Below are positions 38,549-45,853 of a DNA stretch of 64,000 bases, piece after piece. A program made the position numbers and the translations under genes. Every line of letters begins with the position of its first letter. The first letter of the stretch is position 1. Below the pieces are notes generated by a model. The model did not search any database and was not told the DNA's origin. It was given only the letters and a program-made list of their open reading frames with translations. This DNA is from Planctomycetota bacterium (GTDB lineage Bacteria; Planctomycetota; UBA1135; UBA2386), in assembly GCA_947444055.1 (NCBI GenBank), contig CANEYR010000011.1:8534-72533 (forward strand), given 5' to 3'.

Positions 38549-38767
38549 ATGGCTGAGCGGTGGGAGTACAAGATCATCTACTTCAGCGCGGAGCGTTGGA
38601 CAGGCACCGGCCTGCCGTCCGACCTCAACCTGAAGTTCGACGAGTACGGGGCCCAGGGATGGGAGCTCGTCAGCACGGGGTCCATTGAACGGCCGTCTTT
38701 CATCCCGTGGGGTGCGTCGAAGACGGTTGGCGTCATCAGCTACTTCAAACGTCGGGTCAGCTCGTGA
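38549..38767 (+). CDS. DUF4177 domain protein (cassette 1)
   Basis: AGGAG lies 7 nt upstream of the ATG. The sequence WEYKIIYF...FDEYGAQGWELVS...SYFKRR matches the DUF4177 pattern. Confidence 0.8.
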   Translation: MAERWEYKIIYFSAERWTGTGLPSDLNLKFDEYGAQGWELVSTGSIERPSFIPWGASKTVGVISYFKRRVSS

Positions 38768-38777
38768 GGTTTGGCCC

Positions 38778-38846
38778 GCCCAACAAGCCGCCGGAGCCGG
38801 TGATCGCCGCAGCGGCGATCACGGCTCAGCGGCAAAGACGTTGGGC
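38778..38846 (+). other. attC-like recombination site B (69 bp)
   Basis: The site runs GCCCAAC...GTTGGGC with perfectly complementary boxes. Stems are GCCGC/GCGGC, GAGCC/GGCTC and GTGATCGCC/GGCGATCAC, with G38799 unpaired. Confidence 0.7.
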
Positions 38847-38855
38847 AGGCCGTCG

Positions 38856-39323
38856 ATGATCCTTGACGCGGGGCGGTGGAAGATCGAGGGCGATCGGGCC
38901 ACGACGGTGAGCTGCTACTCCTCGCTTCCTGTCGGCGTTGACTGCTCGTGCGCGGACTGCCGCAACTTCATGACTGCGGTTGATCGGGCGTTTCCAGACG
39001 AGTTCCGGGCAATCGCTCGCGGCCTGGGAGTCGACCTGGGCAAGCCTACGGAGCTTGCTCACTACGGCCGCGAGACCGCCGGTCTGCACATCTCGGGCGG
39101 ATGGTTCCACTTGGTCGGGGCCGTACTCGAAGGAGCAGATGCGTGGAAGGAGGTTGGCCCGGGATCCTGGACCGGAGCACTGGAGCAGTTGGTGGCAGGG
39201 TTCGAGTTTGGCTTCACTTCTCGGCTTGCTCTTGTCCGCGATCCCTTCCTTCGGCACTCGGTGGTGCAGCTCGAGTTCATGACCAGAGTGCCCTGGGTCA
39301 TCTCGGAAGCCGAGACACCTTGA
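38856..39323 (+). CDS. Hypothetical protein (cassette 2), 155 aa
   Basis: The ATG lies 9 nt after the R' box of site B, and the stop lies 2 nt before the R'' box of site C. It contains VDCSCADC. I recognise no family. Confidence 0.6.
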   Translation: MILDAGRWKIEGDRATTVSCYSSLPVGVDCSCADCRNFMTAVDRAFPDEFRAIARGLGVDLGKPTELAHYGRETAGLHISGGWFHLVGAVLEGADAWKEVGPGSWTGALEQLVAGFEFGFTSRLALVRDPFLRHSVVQLEFMTRVPWVISEAETP

Positions 39324-39325
39324 GG

Positions 39326-39395
39326 GCCCAACAAGCCCATGCAGCCGACCGGCGCCCCAAGCGGCGCCGGCGGCTGATGGCCAAAGACGCTGGCT
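39326..39395 (+). other. attC-like recombination site C (70 bp, degenerate right box)
   Basis: The site runs GCCCAAC...GCTGGCT. Stems are CCAT/ATGG, CAGCCG/CGGCTG and CCGGCGCC/GGCGCCGG, with G39341 and A39348 unpaired. It shares GCCCAACAAGCC and AAAGAC with site B. Confidence 0.6.
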
Positions 39396-39422
39396 GGACC
39401 ATCTGGACCTGCCCAGGATGCG

Positions 39423-39689
39423 ATGACAAGGAGACTCACCATCTCCCTGAAGCGCGAGCTTGGCATGTCGGCGACACGCGTCAGCATCGGAGCGCAGTGT
39501 CTCGTGCACGTCCTGGTTGCTGACTCGGCACCCCACAACTCTTCGAGCACACACCGCAGGTGGTCGATCACTACGGGAAGAGCCGCCCCACCACGAATCC
39601 ACATCTCGGCTGGTGAATTCAGTGAGGCGTCGATCGCCTCGAATGCTCTTCGGAGTCCGCTCGCGTCCACAGTTGCATCCAAGACCTGA
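39423..39689 (+). CDS. Possible cassette-3 ORF (88 aa), doubtful
   Basis: It begins 28 nt after site C and stops 6 nt before a truncated attC-like left half. The protein sequence is not convincing, and an antisense frame looks equally plausible. Confidence 0.2.
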   Translation: MTRRLTISLKRELGMSATRVSIGAQCLVHVLVADSAPHNSSSTHRRWSITTGRAAPPRIHISAGEFSEASIASNALRSPLASTVASKT

Positions 39690-39695
39690 CCAGCT

Positions 39696-39720
39696 TGCGA
39701 ACAAGCCCGCGGGCCAGATT
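39696..39720 (+). other. Truncated attC-like left half
   Basis: TGCGAACAAGCCCGCGGGC resembles the GCCCAACAAGCC starts of sites B and C. No matching right box occurs before the glycosyltransferase stop at 39747. Confidence 0.25.
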
Positions 39721-39746
39721 GCAGGCACGCCGGCACGCCCCATCCC

Positions 39747-42005
39747 TCACCCAGAAACCGGCACCGGCTCATCCAATCGCACAGCAACCTGCGGCAAGGT
39801 GAACAGTGGCTCCGGCGGCATCACGACGCGGCGCTTACCGGCGGCGGCAAAGGCCATTTCCTCCAACGCCATGGCCGGCGCCTCCCACGGGAACGCAGCT
39901 CGCACCGCGCGCGAGAACGTGCGCGCCTCCCGACGCAGCGTCGGCAGGTTTGCCAAGGCACTCACCAGCAACTGCGCAGCCGCGTCCGCCGACGGCTCGA
40001 ACACCCACGGCGTCCCCACATGCGCTCCAGGCAGTTCGACCGAACGCCGCGCGGAAGGGATCTTCACGGCCGCAGGCCCCACCATCAGCGCCTCCGTTGC
40101 CCCACCCTTGGTCGCCAACACCGGCAACCCACACGCCCGCGCCTCCAGCACCGGCAAACAGAACCCCTCCCCACGATATGGGTGCAGTAACACATCACAC
40201 GCGGTGTAGACCGAAGCCAACTGCGAGCGCGACAGCTCACCATCGATGACCCGCACCGGCGGCGTGCCCTTCGTCGCCCGGAATCGCTGCAACAGCTCGC
40301 CGAGATGGAACCCGCTGTAGTGCTGATCGTGCCCGACCGTCTTGATGACGACTGCGAACCGCGCCCCAGCAGCTCGCGCCGACAGCACCGCCCGCAAGAA
40401 CACGTCGAAGCCCTTCCGCCAGATCATGCCCCCACAAAACAACACCGCGGGCAGGTCCTGCTTCCACGCAACGAGGTCGGCGTCCGGTGGTGCCGCGTCA
40501 TTCATGGCCGCGTCCACCCCGTGTGGAATCACCTTGATGCCGCTCATCGGTCGCCCAGCGGCCGTCAACGTGCGATAGACGTGCTCACTGTGCACAACCA
40601 CCGTGTCAGCGTCCTGCGTCACGTGTGGAGTCAACTCCGCCGGCAACGCCCCATACTCCCAGTCCACACGCAGCGCGAACGTGCGGCACGCAGGCCGGGC
40701 GGCGCGAACGGGCCAACCTGACGCCAACCACAGGTCGACTTCGCCAGGATCACGACTGAGCAGGCATTCGAGTTCGGGCGCCCGCGCGCGGAATGCCGCC
40801 AACGAAGTGCGCAACGGCAAGGTCGGCACGAGCCGTACATCGACACGGTCGCGACGCAGCAGGGCGCGCGCTGTTTCGATCGACAACTCGGCACTGGATG
40901 ACGTTTCAAAGAAGGGCGCTTCCAGCACGACGGTGGGCCGCTGGGCGCGCATGGAGGGAACCGGCGGCGGCGGCGAGGCGGGCCGACAGCGGGTCAATTC
41001 TTCGATGACAAAAGCGCGCGCCCTTCGCCCCATCGTCGCCGCGGCCGTCGCCTCTCGGGTCGCGGTTTGCACGGCGACCGTGATCGCCGACGCCAAGGGC
41101 GCGAAGTGGGCGGCCGCGCCCGGCTCGTCGGGCACATTGCGGCCACCGATCGGCATGCACGTTCCGGCGGCGGTGAGCAGACTCGCCGTCGCGGCGAAGC
41201 GAGAGGCGCACACCGGCCGTCCTGAGGCCAATGCCAGCACCAGGGTGCGCGCCGACGACATGCTTCGCCACGGCAACAGCACCGCCACCGCGTCGCGCAC
41301 GTGCGCCGGCTCGAAGGGCGACACGATCACGTCCGCGCGCGGGTGGTCTTCGCCAAGCGCTTGCACGACGGGAAGCAGGGCCGCGGCATCCGCACTCGTC
41401 ACGACCACACGCAATCGTGGGCCGCTGGCGGCGAAGTGCTGCCGCCAGCAGGCAATCGCCAAATCGACACCACTGGCGCGATCGCCGTCGTCGACACACA
41501 CGATGGGTCCGTCGGCGCCGACCACCGGCAACGTCAGCCATGGCGCCAACTCGCGCTCGTCCAACGCGTGCAGCGGATTCTCCGTTCCCGACCACCGTAG
41601 TTCGGCGCGCACCCGCTCGAGCAAGTCGGCGGCCACAGCGCCATCGCGCGTTGGCAACACCGCGGTGGCGCGCGGCCACGTCAGGCCCGCTGCACGCACG
41701 GCGTCCGCGCGCTGCTGTGGCGACGCAAACACCAGCACCGGGGCGGTCGCGGCCACCACTTCACCCGCCGCTCGCATCAACAAGTCGATCTCCGCCGACG
41801 GCAGATGGGTGCCGACGCGCAGGTCGCGCACACCATCCGTCAGTGGCACCACTCGTTGGTTTGGCTCCGGCTCACCGGCCCTGACTGCGGCTAGCGATAG
41901 GGAGCAACGCACGCCGCTGCCGAGCGCCAAACGCAGGAAGCTGCGCAGAAGGCTTGCCACAGAGTCGTCGCCAAAGGGGTCGCCGTAGATCCGAACCTGA
42001 TTCAT
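39747..42005 (-). CDS. Multi-domain glycosyltransferase (GT-B fold, family 1/4-like C-terminal domain)
   Basis: 752 aa. The C-terminal half has the GT4 pattern (LFCGGMIWRKG...LLHPYRGEGFCLPVLEARACGLPVLAT). Confidence 0.8.
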   Translation of the reverse strand: MNQVRIYGDPFGDDSVASLLRSFLRLALGSGVRCSLSLAAVRAGEPEPNQRVVPLTDGVRDLRVGTHLPSAEIDLLMRAAGEVVAATAPVLVFASPQQRADAVRAAGLTWPRATAVLPTRDGAVAADLLERVRAELRWSGTENPLHALDERELAPWLTLPVVGADGPIVCVDDGDRASGVDLAIACWRQHFAASGPRLRVVVTSADAAALLPVVQALGEDHPRADVIVSPFEPAHVRDAVAVLLPWRSMSSARTLVLALASGRPVCASRFAATASLLTAAGTCMPIGGRNVPDEPGAAAHFAPLASAITVAVQTATREATAAATMGRRARAFVIEELTRCRPASPPPPVPSMRAQRPTVVLEAPFFETSSSAELSIETARALLRRDRVDVRLVPTLPLRTSLAAFRARAPELECLLSRDPGEVDLWLASGWPVRAARPACRTFALRVDWEYGALPAELTPHVTQDADTVVVHSEHVYRTLTAAGRPMSGIKVIPHGVDAAMNDAAPPDADLVAWKQDLPAVLFCGGMIWRKGFDVFLRAVLSARAAGARFAVVIKTVGHDQHYSGFHLGELLQRFRATKGTPPVRVIDGELSRSQLASVYTACDVLLHPYRGEGFCLPVLEARACGLPVLATKGGATEALMVGPAAVKIPSARRSVELPGAHVGTPWVFEPSADAAAQLLVSALANLPTLRREARTFSRAVRAAFPWEAPAMALEEMAFAAAGKRRVVMPPEPLFTLPQVAVRLDEPVPVSG

Positions 42006-42094
42006 CGCGCCTTCTCATCGGCAGTTGCGGGCCATTGCTGAAACCCTCGACAGCGATGTGGCATGGCTACACACCGCACGCCAAGATCCGGTGA

Positions 42095-43066
42095 ATGCCA
42101 GTTGTGACGACGTCGCACCCTGATCGCGCTGCGGCGACCCTCGCCAACCTGGCCGCGAGCGCCGTTCACGGGCCTGCAGAATTTGCCAGACCAGGACCTG
42201 ACGCCGCCGACTGCCGCATCGACCTGAAGCTGCTGCAGTGGCGAGCGCTCGCCGCCGCTGCGACGTGCAAAGCCAGCCGCGCCCACTTGGCGGCCTGGAA
42301 CGAAGAAACCCATCCCGACTTGTGGGCAGGCACCGTGCAAGACGGCACGGCTCGCGGCTTTGCCGTCCGCCTCGAAGAAGCGATCGCACTCGCACCACCG
42401 CCACCGCCGTCGCGCGCCGTCAGCGATCTGGACAACGCCAAGACGACGACTGGTCGCGATCTGCGCAAACGCAAGGACCTGTTGGTCGCGAGCGGCGGCG
42501 CGCGCGTGCGCTTCACCCGCAAAGAGGGGCTGTTGTTCGTCGATCGCAATGAAGAACTGCACTCGAGCAACTGCCTGCGTTTTGAAGCCCGCAGTGATCG
42601 TGGCTCGCTCGACCAGTTCGTCGCTGCCGCCGACGAACGGCCGCGCTTGTATTCCGCGCAGTTCTTGCAGGCGCAGCGCTACACCGAGGCGGCGGCAGCG
42701 CGCGAGTTGGTGCTAGCTGGCCGTCTTGGGCGCGGACCGCTGGGATGGAACTGCCAAGTCACGATCACCGCATGGGCCGATGAGCCGACGGTTCATCTCA
42801 CGATCACGATCGACAACCGGCTGGTCGGTTGGCGCTTGCGCGCGCGCTTCCTCGGCCTGCCGAGCGACGCGATCACACACGATTGCACCCCCGTGCGCGA
42901 CGTCGTCCAGAACGACGCGGGTGGATTCGTGGCGTTCACGCTGGCGCGAGCGGTTGGCACGCTGCACGTGAACGGCACGCCGATCGCTACGCCGGCCGCC
43001 AACTGCCAAGGCACGCTCGTGCACCACTTCCGCCTGGGGACTGTGCACAAGGGCGACGCGCCGTAG
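42095..43066 (+). pseudogene. Relic of a GH38 (alpha-mannosidase family) C-terminal domain
   Basis: Only the last ~200 codons resemble GH38 C-domains (LRFEARSDRGSLDQF; TITIDNRLVGWRLRARF; FTLARAVGTLH; CQGTLVHHFRLG). There is no room for the catalytic N-domain before the divergent glycosyltransferase gene. Confidence 0.45.
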
Positions 43067-43164
43067 GCAGTCGCCGCGGTACGCACTCCGTGCATCGAGC
43101 CCTCGACAGCCTCCGCGAACAGGGCTAGGGTGGCGCGGCTCAACGTCGCCCTCCCCACGCACTC

Positions 43165-44409
43165 GTGACCCATCTCGTTTGGTTTGCCGCCGGCGCACTC
43201 ACCGCGGTCATCGCCATGCACTTGGCTTCGCGGCGTCGTGCGTCGACGTCAACGGCCCCGCACGCAGGACGACAAGAAGAACCACCGCGGCCCCTCGCGT
43301 TGCCGCCGCCCGCGGCGGCGCCGGCACTGCCGCCAGACCCACCAGCACCACTGGCGGTGCGCCACTTGGCGGTGTCGATGGCGAACGAGCTCGCCAACCT
43401 GCTGTCCGGGGTCGAAGGGCGCGCCCACCATCTCATCCAAGCAGCGCCCGATCGCGCCTTGTTGCCGCAAACGGCCCAAGCCTTGCTCGTCGCGCTGCAG
43501 CGACTGCGCACGCTGCATTCAAAGCTGTTGGCTTTTGGCCAGGTTCGCCGCCGCACCAACACCGAGGCCACGTGCGAGCTGCCAGCGTTGGTGCGTCAGC
43601 TCGGCGACGAATTGCAGGTGCTGCAACTCGGGCTCGAACTTCGCTGGGAACCAGCCGATCACTTGCCTGCCCTCGCCGTGGATGCACAGATCGCGCACGA
43701 GGCGTTGCTGTTCTTGTGCAGTGCGATGCTGCGCGCAGAACGCGGCGCCACCCGCCTGTCGATCGTCAGTGAGACGTGCTTTGCCGGCGCCGAGCCGCAC
43801 CTGCAGTTGGAACTCACTCTCGAATGGAGCTCCGAGCCGCGTGTCACCGCCACCGACCTGCAAACGGATCCGACGTTCGCTCTCGATCTCGAAGCCGCCA
43901 ACCAACTCATCACCGAGCACGGCGGCGAACTTGTCATCCACCACCTGCCTGGTCGGTCCGTGCGAACGGTGGTGTACTGGCCCATTGCTCGCACCACGGC
44001 CAACGGCTCAGCGACCGGCCTCGAACCAGAACCGGTGCAACTGGCGCATCGCTACGGCGGCGCGCTCGTGCTCGAGTCGGATCCATCGGTGCGAGCGATG
44101 CTCGCCAGTGAACTGAAGGCCACAGGTCGCGCCGTGTTTGCCTGCGCGGACGGCGCCTCCGCCCGATCCTTCCTCGAAGCGACACCCGACCGGTTCGAAT
44201 TGATCATCGTCGACGATCCGGATCGCCTCGATGGCGGCGACGCGCTGGCCGCGACGATTCGCACGGTGGCCCCGCGCTTGAAAGTCTTCGTATTGGCGAC
44301 TGAGCCCCAAGCCATGACTGCCACCTGGCCAAACCTGCATCACATTCAAAAGCCGTTCGGCGTGCATGAACTGCGACGAGCGCTCGCGTCAGTTCTCGCC
44401 GCCGGGTAG
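43165..44409 (+). CDS. Membrane-anchored degenerate histidine-kinase-like domain fused to a receiver domain
   Basis: It has a TM helix, a Pro/Ala linker, and a DHp-like helix with Asn in place of the phospho-His (LAVSMANELANLL). N/G1/G2 boxes are not recognisable. The receiver retains D (LIIVDD), T (LATEP) and K (QKPF). Confidence 0.75.
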   Translation: MTHLVWFAAGALTAVIAMHLASRRRASTSTAPHAGRQEEPPRPLALPPPAAAPALPPDPPAPLAVRHLAVSMANELANLLSGVEGRAHHLIQAAPDRALLPQTAQALLVALQRLRTLHSKLLAFGQVRRRTNTEATCELPALVRQLGDELQVLQLGLELRWEPADHLPALAVDAQIAHEALLFLCSAMLRAERGATRLSIVSETCFAGAEPHLQLELTLEWSSEPRVTATDLQTDPTFALDLEAANQLITEHGGELVIHHLPGRSVRTVVYWPIARTTANGSATGLEPEPVQLAHRYGGALVLESDPSVRAMLASELKATGRAVFACADGASARSFLEATPDRFELIIVDDPDRLDGGDALAATIRTVAPRLKVFVLATEPQAMTATWPNLHHIQKPFGVHELRRALASVLAAG

Positions 44410-44439
44410 GTTGCGCCGCCCACCGCGGAGGATCGACCC

Positions 44440-45162
44440 CTGGCTCGCAAGAACAACCGACTACCGGATCAACTCCGGCCCATCACCTTCACCCGTTCCT
44501 ACACTGACTTGCCCGGCTCGGTGATGGCCGAATGCGGCAAGACCAAGGTCCTATGCACGGTCTCCGTGCAGGATCAGGTTCCGCAGTGGATGTACAACCG
44601 CCACCAAGGTGGTTGGCTCACTGCCGAGTACGCGATGCTGCCGGGTGCCGGCCAGCCGCGAAAACCGCGTGATGGCCGTACGGGGCGCCCGCTCGATGGT
44701 CGCAGCTTTGAGATCCAGCGCCTGGTTGGGCGCGCGCTGCGCTGCGCCGTGGACTTGGCGATGCTGCCGGAAGTGACGCTGTGGATCGACTGCGACGTCA
44801 TCTCCGCCGACGGTGGCACCCGCACAACTTCGATCAACGGTGCCGTGGTCGCGATGTACGACGCGCTGCTGTGGATGGAAGAACAGAAGCAGTTGCCGAA
44901 GTGGCCGCTGCGTGGCCTGGTCTCCGCCGTGTCGATCGGCATCGTTGGCACAACGCCGATGATCGACCTCGACTACACAGAAGACAGTGGTGCGGAAGTC
45001 GACCTCAGCATCGTGTGCTCAGCCGATGGGCGCTTGATTGAAGTGCAAGGCGGCGCGGAGAAGAAGCCGTTCGCGATGGAGCAGTTCCACGAGATGGTGA
45101 CGATGGGCCAGAACGCCTGCGCCACGATCCGCGACCTGCAGAAGAAGGCTCTCGGCATCTGA
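44440..45162 (+). CDS. rph: Ribonuclease PH
   Basis: The conserved N-terminus RKNNRLPDQLRPITFTRSYT lies upstream of the first ATG/GTG/TTG. CTG at 44440 is preceded by GGAGGA with a 7-nt spacer. The rest is typical RNase PH (GWLTAEYAMLPG, ISADGGTRT). Confidence 0.85.
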   Translation: MARKNNRLPDQLRPITFTRSYTDLPGSVMAECGKTKVLCTVSVQDQVPQWMYNRHQGGWLTAEYAMLPGAGQPRKPRDGRTGRPLDGRSFEIQRLVGRALRCAVDLAMLPEVTLWIDCDVISADGGTRTTSINGAVVAMYDALLWMEEQKQLPKWPLRGLVSAVSIGIVGTTPMIDLDYTEDSGAEVDLSIVCSADGRLIEVQGGAEKKPFAMEQFHEMVTMGQNACATIRDLQKKALGI

Positions 45163-45172
45163 GTGACGTGCG

Positions 45173-45790
45173 ATGGCGACGCTCTGGATCGGCACCAACA
45201 ACAAGAAGAAGCGCGCCGAGTTGGAGCGCATGCTGGCGCCACTCGGCCTTGAACTGCGCACACCGGACCAGCTCTTAGTGCCGTTCGATCCGATCGAAGA
45301 CCAACCCGACTTCGCCGGTAACGCTCGCGTCAAGGCCTGCTTGCTGGCGCGACTCGCCAACGGCTACGCCCTCGCCGACGACAGTGGGCTGTGCGTGGAT
45401 GCGTTGCACGGACGGCCAGGCGTGTTGTCGGCGCGCTATGGCGGCCCCGGCCTCGACGATCGTGGACGCTTGCTTCGCCTGCTCGAAGAATTGCGCCCGG
45501 TGCCGCTCGGCCAACGCACGGCGCACTTCCGCTGCAGCCTTTGCGTGTGCGCCCCCGATGGCCGCACGCTGGCCGCGATCGAAGAACGCTGCGAGGGCAC
45601 GCTGCTGACGGCACCGACTGGCGACGGCGGGTTTGGTTATGACCCGATCTTCGTGCCACTCGAGTTTGCGGGTGACCCGGCGAAGACGTTCGCGCAGCTC
45701 GATGCTGCGACCAAGGATCGGCTGAGCCACCGCGGCAAGGCTCTGCGCGCACTGGCGGCGGCGCTGCCACGGCTCGTGCAGGATCGGTAG
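45173..45790 (+). CDS. rdgB: Non-canonical purine NTP pyrophosphatase (RdgB/HAM1 family)
   Basis: It has TNNKKKRAEL, DDSGLCVDAL, GFGYDPIF and the SHRGKAL motif. It forms the conserved rph-rdgB pair. Confidence 0.88.
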   Translation: MATLWIGTNNKKKRAELERMLAPLGLELRTPDQLLVPFDPIEDQPDFAGNARVKACLLARLANGYALADDSGLCVDALHGRPGVLSARYGGPGLDDRGRLLRLLEELRPVPLGQRTAHFRCSLCVCAPDGRTLAAIEERCEGTLLTAPTGDGGFGYDPIFVPLEFAGDPAKTFAQLDAATKDRLSHRGKALRALAAALPRLVQDR

Positions 45791-45806
45791 GAACGGCGGC
45801 TCCAGA

Positions 45807-45850
45807 ATTACTCAGTATGCTGAGTAATTTTACTCAGTATGCTGAGTAGT
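45807..45850 (+). promoter_or_regulatory. Tandem 22-bp palindromic boxes (operator-like)
   Basis: ATTACTCAG-TATG-CTGAGTAAT (45807-45828) is followed directly by TTTACTCAG-TATG-CTGAGTAGT (45829-45850). It is an AT-rich island in GC-rich DNA, immediately 5' of the ATPase gene. Confidence 0.5.
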
Positions 45851-45853
45851 TCC

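Noticed and set aside
39349-39370. GC-rich hairpin CCGGCGCC-N6-GGCGCCGG as a rho-independent terminator.
   Set aside because: No T tract follows. It forms the apical stem of attC-like site C.
45807-45850. Tandem palindromes as LexA (SOS) boxes.
   Set aside because: TACTCAG-N4-CTGAGTA does not match any LexA consensus I know (CTGT-N8-ACAG, GAAC-N4-GTTC, GTTC-N7-GTTC, and so on). The downstream gene is not a typical SOS gene.
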